Of a stretch of 64,000 nucleotides of DNA, positions 1-15,783 are shown piece by piece. The notes beneath the pieces are model-generated. The model was not told the origin of the DNA, searched no databases, and saw only the letters and a program-made list of their open reading frames with translations. The DNA is from the human T2T-CHM13v2.0 reference genome, Homo sapiens, in assembly GCF_009914755.1 (NCBI RefSeq), contig NC_060935.1. The stretch is one strand, 5' to 3'. A program made the position numbers and the translations under genes. Numbering within the stretch: position 1 is the stretch's first letter; each line of letters begins with the position of its first letter.

Positions 1-149
1 AATACACTGAGGAACATTTGAGCACTATACAAATATTAATTATGATGATACCCATGAAGGTGATGGTGATAAGAGTAGTAATAATGATGAAATTGATAAC
101 ATGGGAGATGAGGGTGGAAGGGTAGAAAGGAAAAAAATATTGAAGGGAT

Positions 150-461
150 TGGGTGCAGTGGCTCATGCCTGTAGTCCTAGCACTTTGGGATTGAGCAGGA
201 GGCAGGAGGATCCCTTGAACTCCAGAATTCAAGACTAGCTTGGGAAACATGATGAAACCCTGTCTCTATAAAACAATACAAAAATTAACTGGGTGTGATG
301 GCACGTGCCTATAGTCCTAGTTACTCAGGAGGCTGAGGTGGGAGGATCACTTGAGTCCTGGCGGTCCAGGCTGCAGTAAGCCAAGATGATGCCACTGATG
401 CATCTGGAGTGCAAGATGATGTACTCTCCAGCTTGGGAGACAGACCAAGACCCTGTCTCAA

Positions 462-463
<2 letters not shown>
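150..463 (+). mobile_element. Alu, diverged (AluJ-like)
   Basis: GGGTGCAGTGGCTCATGCCTGTAGTCC ... GACCCTGTCTCAAA dimeric Alu; tail replaced by (CA)n. Confidence 0.9.

Positions 464-516
<53 letters not shown>
464..516. repeat. (CA)n microsatellite at Alu tail
   Basis: About 26 uninterrupted CA units. Confidence 0.98.
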
Positions 517-518
<2 letters not shown>

Positions 519-729
519 CTTCAGCATACAAGGCCCTTCTATATATAGAATGAATTGCAAGAAGACACAGCCTGCGAGATAGAGACCAATCAAAAGGCTT
601 ATACAATTGTTCATAATTCACAAACTCACAGCAACACAAAACCACCTCTTGATTTCAAATGTTAAAGCTCTCCATCAAAATGGGTCAAGAGAGCAGGCAT
701 TAGGCAGAGCTGACAGCTCAGAGGGAAAT

Positions 730-1200
730 CGCTGCCACTCTGAACCACATCTACTCCTGTCTACCTGCAGGCCAGCAGGGACTTGAGCTTCAAAGGTGGC
801 TGCTTGCCAAGATGAGTTTATTTGAAGCTATGGCTCTGCAGCCTCAATCATTAGCCCTCTCCCCCAGACCTGATCCCTTCTATTCACCTAAGCTTTCCCT
901 CCACGCCCCAAGATAGGCCACTGGGAACCTCGGTAGACTGCTTCCTGAACAACAAAGTGCCTCATTAGCTACTTTTTAATGAGGTCACAGCCTGTGACTG
1001 CTCATTAATAGAGTGGTTAGTCAGCATCTCTAGGGGTAAAGGAGACTGAAGACAGAAGTCAGTGATAACAGAGCTCAGCCCAGGCGTAGCTGTGTTAGAG
1101 GGAGAAAGAACTTAGCAGAGACTCTTAGGCTTGTACTCTGATGTCTCCAGGGTCCCTTCCAGCTCTGAGACTATGATTCTGGAGAAGGACATCCAGAGGG
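730..1200. promoter_or_regulatory. Candidate OR enhancer/promoter, module A copy 1 (P3-promoter/P-element-like)
   Basis: Homeodomain sites TCATTAG 848-854, CTCATTAG 961-968, ACTTTTTAATGAG 971-983, CTCATTAA 1001-1008; O/E-like TCTCTAGGGG 1027-1036; 956-1008 identical to 32696-32748. Confidence 0.7.
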
Positions 1201-1616
1201 ACCAGGTCTTTGGTGGGAAGAAGTGACAACAGAGTCAAGTGATCCAAGGTTCAGAACAGCTATTGATCTAAAGATATTCTTGAAGAAATCGAATGCTCTT
1301 TAAGTTCTCTTGGATGCTTTTGTAAATGGAATTTAGCTCTTGAAACTTTTTATAATCTTGCCTTCTATAACCACAGATTCTCTCGGTATTCCTCCATGTG
1401 TCCAAGTACAGATTCTTTGTGTTATTTTCCAAGTCTTTTAAAATTGTATTTGTCCTTGGAGTTAATTCATTGGCCCTCTTCTCTCCTCCCTGTATACTGT
1501 CCCCTAGACATCCTGTCCATTCACGGGGTTCCAACACATCACTCCTGCAGAGATGAAACTTCGGCATTGACTCATATCTTATATCTCCCACCAGGATTAA
1601 TATTGGAGCCTCCTAA

Positions 1617-2064
1617 TGTTACTGAGCAAGGGCTCACTGCCCAAAGAGCATAGAAGCCAGTACCATGTCACTAGCTTTTGAGAAAAACAGCTTTATTGCA
1701 AGTCAACTGGCAAGGAAACAGAAGGAAATGCTCAAATCTGTCTCCCTGAGCTGGGGACTGGGGCAGGTTTCATAGACAGAGTAATGAGGTGTGAATGAGG
1801 TAATGCTGGGAGGCGTGATCTGACTGGATTATGCCACGGGATGATGTCAGGGCTCAATCTGATTGGATCATGTGTTGTCTGCTTGTTAATTCCGTCCCTG
1901 TTTCTTGGACTAAGCCATTAGGTTCCACTCACGATTGTGTACTTCGTTCATCTGGGCATGCTCAAATTACCTAACTTGCAACCTAGGGTCTATGGCAACT
2001 GAAAAATGACTCATTCCTTTGTTACATAAAAGTTGAACCAGATTGGTCTGGTTTCACGGTTACA
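1617..2064 (-). mobile_element. Solo LTR, ERV1/MER4-group-like
   Basis: TGTT...TACA termini, 4-bp TSD CTAA, reverse polyA signal (TTTATT near 1693); absent at the paralogous site near 33336. Confidence 0.8.
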
Positions 2065-2390
2065 CTAATTGGTCTTCCTATCTCCCAGCCTGCTGCAGAC
2101 TTACACATACAACTCATTCCAATTCATACTCTTTAGCATCCCCGGAGTTTTTTCTGAACACACGTATGATGATCTGTCATTCTCATGCTTAAAAACTCTT
2201 GATTCACTCTCATGATCAGAATAAAACTAATGTTTTTAGTGTGTCATACAAGAATCCTTATAGTCAAGTTTTAGCTTATCTTTCCAACTTCAATTTTTAT
2301 CATTCACTTATTCATTCAATTATAGTCATACTGAACTTTTTTCTTTCCCCTTATACTATGCATTTTTAGTTTCTTTAAACAGTATTTTTA

Positions 2391-2730
2391 GGCTGGGTGC
2401 GGTGGCTCACACCTGTAATCTCAACACTTCGGGAGGCCTTGGTGGAAGGATTGCTTGAGGCTATGAGTTTGAGACCAGCCTGGGCAACATAGTGACACTC
2501 CATCTCTACCAAAAAAAAAAAAAAAAAAGAAATTTTTTTTAATTCACCAGGAATGGTGGTGTATGCTATAGTCCTAGCCACTTGGGAGGCTGAGGCAGGA
2601 GGATTCTTTGAGTCTAGGAGTTCAAAGCTGTCAAAGCTGCAGTGAACTATGATTGTGTCACTACACTCCAGCCTGGGCGACACAAAGGACACTGTCTCAA
2701 AAAACAAAACAAACAAACAAAAAACAGTAA
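2391..2730 (+). mobile_element. AluJ-like
   Basis: GGCTGGGTGCGGTGGCTCAC start, long A linker, (CAAA)n tail. Confidence 0.9.
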
Positions 2731-2942
2731 AACAAACAAAACCATATTCTGTTTTATTCCCCTTGACAATTTAGAGTCTGAAAGGTCTAGGGTCAAATCT
2801 TGTATCTACTACCTACAAGCTATGCAAGCTGATACATATTACTCTGAATTTCTGTCTTTACACTTTCTAATTTGTAAGTGGGCTATAATATAGTTATCTG
2901 ATATATGTATAATAATATTTTATAAATAATACTATACAATAA

Positions 2943-3295
<353 letters not shown>

Positions 3296-4836
3296 TATGT
3301 GATCCTTTCTATACTTTTGTATTTCCTGCAATTCAATGTGGGAGTTTTGTTATGCAGAATTCTCAAGGATGTTTACTATAATTGTGCCATAAGAAATCTA
3401 TGTAAGCTCTACCTCCTCCCAGGAAGCAGGGTAAATTAAGTAACTAGCATTTATTGACAAGGAAATATGAGTTAATATTTTAAAATAAAGTCTTGATTAA
3501 TTCTTACAGATATTAATATAATTTATAAAATAGCACATCTGCTTCAAAAGAGTAACTTGTTCAACAGTTGCAACTATTTAAGTGTCAGAGCAAGGATTTT
3601 AATGTAGGTCTAAATCTGAAATAGCCTTTACTTTTAAAATATTGCATATGCCTTCTCTACAATGTAGAGGTAGACACTAGATATAAGAGGAAATAGAATG
3701 AAGTTTAACAAGGTTATTTAAAAAAAAGCGTGATAAGAAGAAACAAAACACAACAAGAAAGAATGTTGGGACCAATTTAAATGGAGATTATCTGATCTAT
3801 TGTATGTTGAGCTATTTCTTTGGAATCATTAAAAGTACTTATAAAGTGACTTTTATTTTCTAAAAGAAAAACTTAGCACATAGTAAATGTTCAATAAATG
3901 GTAGAAATTCTTATTAAGCCCTTATGTCTTTATAAAATTTTTCTGTCAAAAATTCCTTCTTTTTCCTTACATCTTCCCCAATGTGTTTCTTCTAGAAACT
4001 CTCTGATTTCCTTTAGACAAAGCTGAGTTAATTCGCCTCTGTCACATATACTGTTAATGCACTGAAGACAATGTAATTGTATTTTATATACATATCACGT
4101 GAATGTAAGGACAACTTTTCCATTTATGTTCATATTCCTGGGCTAGCACTCATGAACACTCAATAAATATTTTAATGAATGATTAATTCCTAAATCACTA
4201 CCTCTAGCAGTAACCTCTCAACCAACTGTGAATTTTATGTTTCCAACTGCCTCCAAGACGTTTCTGCTTAGGCAGCAAGGTATCTGTGTAGCACAATGCT
4301 CCCAAACTATAATGTATGAAATAACCTTTATGAAGGATGCCTCACTCTCCCTACTAACAGTAACAGTAAACATGGCAAATACAATTGAGACTGGTAAGCA
4401 ATTTCCCATAAAAATGTTCCTGGATTTGCAAATATGTTTTTCTCAAGAGTCCCCCAAATTTTAACCCCAAAAGCCCCCAGAAATGTTACCCAAAATGTGT
4501 GCCCAAAGATGTTTACCCCTCTGCTAATAAGCATATATTGTTTGTGAGGGTTTGTTTGCATACACTGAGATGAGTAACTCACCCAGAAGGGATTAACACC
4601 CTATATATCCCAAAGTTGTAAACAACTTACATTACCCATTATGTGAGAGTACTTTGAGTATAGCCAATCAAAGCATGAATGATGCAACTGAGAGTCAATA
4701 CAAAAGTCCACACCTGGTTAAACAGGGATCTAGGATCATGGTCTGTCAGAAGTGTCCTGAGATGGTTAACTGAGGGTCACATACAGACCAGAAGACAACT
4801 CTAACTCTGTGGCATGCCTGCATGATGACATTCTGA

Positions 4837-5221
<385 letters not shown>

Positions 5222-5795
5222 TTACCTTTCTTTTTGACTTAATTTTTCACTGATTTAATTTTACATTCCATCCGAGAACATTTGATATACTGGGTCCTGA
5301 AGACAGAATTGTGATTGAGCTGCTGCTCTCTAGTTGGTGCTGGCCCAGTAGATAAGACAGAGAAGTAAACAGACAATCATAAAATGAAATTTCATTCGAT
5401 GTACTTCACTATGTGATAATGCCACACTTTGATCATTGCTATCATAAAAGTATTCAACCACTCTCCAAATTATTCCTTGGAAATACGTTTTTTTACTCAT
5501 CCTCTATGGTTAATTCGTATTTCCGTTGTCACTGCTACTGCCCTTGTTACTTATTCCTTTTTCTTATTCCCATCTTTCATTGGCATATTCATTTAATCAA
5601 TGAATATTTATTAATGTATACTAAAACCCAAGAGTATAACAATGAGCTAGGTACTGCCCTCTAGGAGCTCCTGCTCTTTCAGACAGACAAGTAAATCAAC
5701 AGCTATGGAACAAAAAGTGCCATGCAAAGGGCTTTACTATGTTATAATCTTATTCTGATATATACTATCATAGAAGTGTTCAACAAGTCTCCTAA

Positions 5796-6092
<297 letters not shown>

Positions 6093-7170
6093 TAATCCTG
6101 GTAATTCTTCATTGGAAAAATTCTTACTCAAACTTTGGTTCAATTCCCATTTTCACTGCTACTGCCATGAGCCTAGCCAAGCCCTTACTTCTAAATTGTT
6201 ATCATAAAAGCCACCTCACTGTTCTCAAATTCCATGCTCACTTCCGAATCCTCCTTTACATATACTAATAAGTACTGGATTTACAGTGGTGACCAAAACT
6301 GAGTCCTTATCCTTAGAGACATTGTCACCCTATGAAAATTAAATAAAGAATTTACAAATAAATATATAATTATATATTGCTATTATTGCTATGAAGAAAA
6401 AGAACAAAATTCTCTGAGAAAGAATACATGGGAATCCAAATACAAAAGAGTTAGGAAAGTGCTTTCTGGGGAAATGACAATAGAAAATGACAAAGTGGTA
6501 TCAGAAAACTGAATAGGAGTTAACAAGGTGAAAATTAGGGGGAAAGGCATTAAAAAACAAATGTATTAACTTACATAAAGGCCCTGAGGCAGGAAAGTTT
6601 GGTGTATTGGAGAAAAAGAAAGAAGCCAATCTGACAAACATTGAGTGTGATTAAAGAAACAGTGTTGATGGCAGTGATAGTCATCATATAGTCAGCTGGA
6701 ATGCCCCTTCTCTTCCTTGATGGCAACCTTCAAGTTCAAGGTCAAATAGTATCATGATACAGCCTAACATATGACATTCACCAGGGTTTGGCATGTTTCC
6801 TACACTTTATCTCGTTTCCTTTTCACAATGGGTATTGAGACATGGATTAATTTTAATATGTTTATTTGAGTCATAAGGCAAGAAATTATTGGGGAAATAA
6901 TCAGAATGAAAGTGTTTTGTTTCAGGTATCTCTCTTTTTCCAAAAATTTTAATAAACAGACATAATAAAATTAATTAAGTATGAAACAACATATGATTAA
7001 AATATTTCTTTCTCAATGCTGACCTTTCTGGTTCCCCACATCCCTGTCCCAAAGGCAATAATATTAACAATTTTTTTATGTATCCTTTCAGAAATTTTCT
7101 ATTTACAGTCAACTCTCTATATCTTGGGCATTGGTTCTAGGAACCTCTCCACATGAACTGATGTCTGTGC

Positions 7171-7634
7171 TGTGGAGACAAAAGTCACTCCATCTTGGAT
7201 ACTAATCTATCGTGTTGACTTTGGATTAGCCCAAGTTTCATGAATACTTCCTGATTCCTATTTTATTTTCCATCCTTAGTGTAAGAACTTGTACTCACTA
7301 TAAATTCTGCCTTTGTGATATTATCATACAAGTTATAGGCTATGATGAATATAGCATTCTTTTCTGTTCCAGAAGGTTGCCTTTAATTGTCTTGCACAGA
7401 GGACATACACCCTTTCCCTATGGTATATAAGCCCTTGGTCTGAGGGTAACAGGTGCAGAGATCTACCTGTTTTGCTGCTGCCCAAGACCATACTTCCATC
7501 CATAAGTTCCCCAATAACCCTCCCCTTACTGACAAACTGGATTCGTCTGCCTTGTTCTTTGGTTTCTCGGCTCTTTCTGCACATTTGGGGGTTGTTTTCC
7601 ATATTGTGCCTAATAGAACTCAAGTGATAGAACA
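7171..7634 (+). mobile_element. LTR (ERVL-class, LTR47-like)
   Basis: TGTGGAGACAAAAGTCACTCCATCTTGG start, TATATAA near 7424, ends AGAACA; subfamily from recall. Confidence 0.65.
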
Positions 7635-7699
7635 AATAATGCACAATATAGCACTTATGCTGTATTAGATTTGGCTTCTGCCTTCTTTAGCATCCCTTT

Positions 7700-8832
7700 A
7701 GCCCTGACTCACAGGCATTATATTGATGACTATGCTAACCCCTGAAGACTTGTCATTGCTACAGCAACACCTGGATGCACTGTGTACCATTCTCCAATGG
7801 ATAGGATAGGTCATCAACCTGCAAAAGATACAAGGCCCATGGCTGGCTGTAAAGTTCCCAGGGGTCACTTGGTTGGGTAATACACATCTTATCCCAGGCA
7901 CACTTACCTTGGGTAAGACACATCTTATCCCAGGCATAGTCATTGACAAAATACCACAGTATTCCACATCTAAGACAGTTAAACAGTTACAAATTTCCTA
8001 GGTCTTTTTGGATATTTACTTCACATTTAACGCAACGTTTGTGTCCCCTATGCCAACTAGTAAAGAAGGAATCTAGTTTGTGCTGAGATAAAAAAGAAGA
8101 GGATGCACATTAGAAGGCTAAAATACTAGTGGCTCAGGCACAAGGCTTAGGGTCCCCCCTTCCTGGGATACCAATATCTTTGGATGTGGCCATAATCCCT
8201 GAGGGACCAGTTGGGCCCTCTGCAAGTCCAGCATGGGACAACGGTTCCCTTAGGATTCTGGTCACAACAACGAAAGGATGCTGAAACCTAACTATTCCCT
8301 GATGAAACAACCAGTCCTGGGGGTAGACAAAGCTTTATGACAAATTGAACCCGTAACTGTCGCTTTGCTGGTAACAGTAAGAAGAGTTTTCCCTACTAAA
8401 CGCTGAACAGAAGTGTTGTTTGCTAGGTATGTATCAGCTATTGGTCAAGCCTCCAGTTTACAAAACTGGGATGCATATCTGCAACCTGTAGTGGCTTCTC
8501 CACAAGTCCCTTGGGAAATGAACTACATGCCATCTTAGGGCCAGTATACTATGAAGCCTGTGCTGCCCTTCTTGTGAAGCCTCCACAGGAGATACCTCCA
8601 ATGGTAGCCAAAGGCATGGCCCCCCTTTCCTGAAAACATTTGGTACTCAGATGGGTACAGCTGAGGTAACCCTTGTGTATGGACAGAAGTCGCTGTACAA
8701 CCACAGACAGATGCTATCTGGTTTGAGATGGGACTGCAGCAAAGCAGACAACGGGCAGAATTGTCTATATGAGCTATATGGTTGATTTGTACCCATGAGC
8801 CATGGCCTACAGTTATCTGTACAGACAGTTGT
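7700..8832 (+). mobile_element. Degenerate ERVL (class III) pol fragment: RT to RNase H
   Basis: HYIDD at 7716-7730, INLQKIQGP..VKFPGVTW, FLGLFGY, WYSDG..WTEVAVQP, QRAEL, ICTDS; many stops and frameshifts. Confidence 0.8.
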
Positions 8833-9699
8833 ATAAAAATATACAATTTTTAATCAATCCCCTATTGATGGAATTAAGGTAATTTTCCCATTCTTTTGCT
8901 GTTAAAAATTGTAGTCCAATAAAAAACAATCATAATTTTTCCTCGCTCTAAAATTGTGATTCTGCCTGAATCACTATTTCTATCTCGTGCTGCTCACTAA
9001 CCATTTCAAAATCTTAGGGCTTCAATTCATTTGATCAACATTTGGACAAAAAATTATATCTCATACATTTTTCTTAACCATGACCAGCCTAAGATTAGCC
9101 AAAAAAAACCCCCAAATTTTATACTAAAGGAAGTCTACTTGATTGAGTCCTTTCTGTCAGCAGTTTCCTGTTTCTCATCTCAAATTTTGTTTATAATGAC
9201 TAGTCTTATGTACTTAATCATTCATTTGTTCAACACCTGAATTCTGCCATTCAAATGTATGCTTTATGAGCAGAGAGACTTCACATGTTTTGTTCATTTC
9301 TCTATCTCAGGGTCTAGAGCAATGCCTGGCATGTAGCAATTACTCAATACATATTTGTTAAATAAATGAAAAATTATTGCCATATGATAGGTTATAGTAA
9401 TATAATGTTAATGTGAGATTTTATATATATATGTTGTAACATAATATATTAATATGATTGCTAATATATGTCATCTCATCACACCAATCCTATAAAATAA
9501 GCCTTATGATCTTTGTCTAAGCCATATGGAAACTGAAACTCAGGAAGTTTGATAAATCACTAAATACCTAAAGTCAGTGAGTTTGAGAGCTGGTTTTAAA
9601 CTTAGATCACTAAGAATCCAAAAGTTTTGTGCTTTACTTTGCACAACCCTATATCCCTAGAGTATGGTTTTTCTTTTTGAATTCATCCTTTTGACATCC

Positions 9700-10340
9700 A
9701 ATATTTCTTTGGGCCCCAAAGAACAATAGATTCAAGAAAGGTCAGGTCCTCCTGAGGAAGGGAAAGAAGAGGAGCTTCGGTGAGCCCAGAAACATCAGGG
9801 AGGTGGCCGGTGGGGATAGAGGTGCCAGCCCTTCAGCTGTCCCTGAGGACAAAAGAGGCACGACTGGGAATAATTTTCTGAAAGCCAGGACAGGGAGCAT
9901 GGCCAACCCTCCTACTGTGCTCACTCACCTCTAACATGCCACTAACACACAAGGCAGCAGTGAGCAGGCTACAGCTTCAGCCATTATTAGCTCAGCTGGA
10001 ACAAGGAATAGGACTTCGCTGATTTCTCTTTTGGCTTTGCTGAAACAAAGAGAAAGCTCTTTGATTACATTTATGAAACATGTGCATGAAGGGCATGCAT
10101 GAAGCATGGAAGTCAGGCAGAGCTGAACAAGGCACATGTTCTTGTTCGACACGGGTAAGGCTTTTTGCCAAGGACCTAATTTACCAGGGGCCACTCTCCA
10201 GCTTCAGTTGCTCAACTGGACAAGGTTTGAGCAGGGTTTGTGGGATACTTAATTTTATTCCTCTGCTCACACTAGGAAGATCTTATCAGTTCCTCTCTTC
10301 TCTAGGTCTGTTTTCTTTGCCTGTATTATAAGGTAAGTGA
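9700..10340 (+). promoter_or_regulatory. Candidate OR10A5 promoter / 5' non-coding exon, module B copy 1
   Basis: O/E-like TCCCTGAGGA 9840-9849, homeodomain CCATTATTAG 9981-9990, donors GG|GTAAGG (10155) and AAG|GTAAGT (10333); homologous to 39370-39970. Confidence 0.55.
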
Positions 10341-10766
10341 GATCTAAGGCTGCAGAAGAAATAAATGACTCAGGATTTTTTTCCTAACTCTATCCTGTAA
10401 AGCTTTCCAGGTTAGAAAAATTTCAGTAGCCGGAGCTTCCATAGGACATACACCTCTTCCAGGTCTTGATTTTCCTCTGATTAATTCAGGGAAGACTTAC
10501 CTCACTAGAACATTCATGAGGCAGAGGACATCAGGAGACACTACTTCTTTAGGGAAGTTTTATGGTTACAGAAGGCCTAGGAGAGTGGGTTTCTATTCCA
10601 GGGACAGTTGCTCAGATGATTAGCAAATAGCTGCTCCTGGGGAAGTTCTAGAGGAACTGTCAAGGAGCCTGGGGGCTGGCTATGGGCCATCAGCTTCTTC
10701 AATGTCTCCCACACTGGAGACAGGTCACCAGCTCTTCTTCCCCAGTAGGTTCCAGAAGTTCTATAG

Positions 10767-11207
<441 letters not shown>

Positions 11208-11574
11208 TAGTTGGATATGAAATCCAATGGAAACTTAGGAATAACGAACTCCCTGATATTCATGTATTTATTCTTACACTCATTCATCCAAAAATACACA
11301 TAAATTGCTTAATATGGACAGGCATTGGGCTTATTCCTATAAATAAAATAAGCAGTTTCAGGTCTGAAGGAGTTTACAGATTAAATTTAAATATCAATAG
11401 ATAACTAAAATACAACTGAATAACTAAAGAATTTTAAAAGCATACAGGAATAACCCTATCTGGAACCATCACAGGGGAGACACGTTTTAGTTTTTAAGAT
11501 GAGAAGGAAGAAGTCAGCCAGGTGGAGGAGGGGGCACATGCAACCACAGGTGATGTCATGAGCAAAGGTATAGG

Positions 11575-11986
11575 CAGGGATTAGCAAACTACAACTCATG
11601 GGCCAAATCTGTCCAGCCCTGTTTTATATGGCCCACAAGCTAAAGATGACTTTTCACTTTTAAAATTGTCAAAAATGTAAAAAGAGTGATAGTTTATAGC
11701 ATTATAAAATTATATAAAATTTTAATAAAATTTTGATGTCTATAAAGTTTTATTAGAACTCAGCCATGCACATTTGCTTAGGTATTGGATATGTTTATAT
11801 ACCTAATTATATATTTGTATACCTACATTGTATATGTTAGGTATCATATATGTTATTTATTTATTTATTTATGTGTGTGTGTGTGTGTTTGTCTAGGTAT
11901 TGAATAGTTATGACAGAGATCACATGGTCCACAAGCATGAAATATTTTATGTCTGGCCTTTTACAGAAAAAGTTTTCCAACTCCTG
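11575..11986 (+). mobile_element. MER58-like hAT-Charlie DNA transposon
   Basis: CAGGGATTAGCAAACT...AAAGTTTTCCAACTCCTG terminal inverted repeats, degenerate TSD GTATAG; absent in paralog near 41110. Confidence 0.8.
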
Positions 11987-12844
11987 GTATAGAATCATGA
12001 AAAGAAGTAATGTGTTCAATAACAAACAAATATGTTTATCCTCAGCATTGGTGAAGATTAAGGTACCTGGATGACAAAGGGACAAAAAAATGAGACCTAA
12101 GGAATATGTTGTATTCATATTGCATATCTTTCTAAAAACCCAGGTGTTGCCTTTATTATATTTTTTCTGATTATGGTTTTGAATGCAGACTCTGCCTTTT
12201 ACTGCCCATGTAAACAAGTTACCAAATTCTTTAACTAACAAATTACATAATGTATCTAAAGTTCAGTTCATCGAGTGGCAATAAGGGGAGAATAATAATA
12301 GCGTCTAGATTGGACAGTTATTGTAAGAAGAATGTGAAAAAGGAAAAAGTAACATACGTAGCATAATTCTATTATATATTAGGCAAATGCTTCCAACTTG
12401 AGGTCATAATTTTTATTTTTATTATTACTGCTTTTATTACTGCTATATAATATGTGTAGCTCATTTTAGAATGCTTGAAAACCCAGAAAGCAAAATTAAG
12501 GAGATAGTCCCATCTCTCTTCCTACCACTTCAAAGTGACTATTCCTAAAAATTTGCATATTGCTATGCACATATTGATGAGTTTGGAATTTTACATGTAA
12601 TCATATGTATTTTTGTGTTTTTTTCCATTTACTATTACCTGGTGAGTATTATTCAATAGTGGTAATGTTCTTTAAAAATGACTTATATGATTACATGACA
12701 TTTCCTTAAATGCTTGGGTCATAATTGACCCAATCATTTGTAGATTATTGACACAATTTTGATACTATAATGATGCAACATTGAACACACTTATATGTGA
12801 AATCATTGTGCCTTTTGCTTGTGCATATGTGTGTGTGTGTAAAG

Positions 12845-14500
<1,656 letters not shown>

Positions 14501-15309
14501 CCTCTACCTAAATTTCTACTCTTTGAAAATCTGTAGGAATCTTTTGCCATATATCTTAAGACATTTTCGTATTTTAATTTAATTTTTTTAAATTTTGGAT
14601 TTTTATGTTTAAAATCATTTAATTTTTATTTGGGCTAATCAATCATCTTTTTTCTTTTCTTTTCTTTTTCAATCATCTTTTTTCTTCAGGAATTTTGTTT
14701 TGGTATACTGCTTAGAAAGACCACAAACATATGTAATAAAATATAAACATATTTTCTTCACACTCAACTAAAGCTTAATTTCAACATTTAAATCATCATC
14801 TATATTGAATGTAATTCTTTATGATAAAAGGTGAGAGTTTAACTGGGCTTGTTTTTGCATTGCCCCAGAGCTCTTTATTGTAGTTTTCTTGTATGTACAC
14901 TATTTCTGGCCTTCATTATGTTTCCATGACTTGTCTAATACAAATATAATATACTTAAAGTATGTGTAGAGATACTATGTAATATTTTCATGTTATAAAT
15001 AATGTAATAAAATATTAAAAAGTTACAAAGTATTTTAACATATGGTCACAAACAGGAACTTTTAAATTTTGGAATTACTTTAAATATTTTTAATAATTTG
15101 ACAAAAATTTTTATGTTTATAAAACTATTTCTGTAGTCATAAACACAGTATGACACTAAATTTGTTCAAGATTAGATTATGACATTTCATAAGGGCTTTG
15201 ATTATTTTAAATAGGATACTAATTATTTCCTGATATGTTTATTTCAAAATTTTTGAATTTTATTGATAACATGAAATTTATTTTTTGACTGTTTTTTCCT
15301 TGTATATAA

Positions 15310-15783
<474 letters not shown>

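Noticed and set aside
321-645. ORFs with (CV)n runs and many LSPRLECSG-type ORFs across the window
   Set aside because: Translations of (CA)n and Alu sequence
1268-1591. 107-aa minus-strand ORF next to module A
   Set aside because: No recognisable domain; paralogous region has indels and no matching ORF in the track
9931-10331. Short ORFs in module B with similar ORFs at 39372-39675
   Set aside because: Starts, lengths and frames differ between copies; similarity fits non-coding constraint
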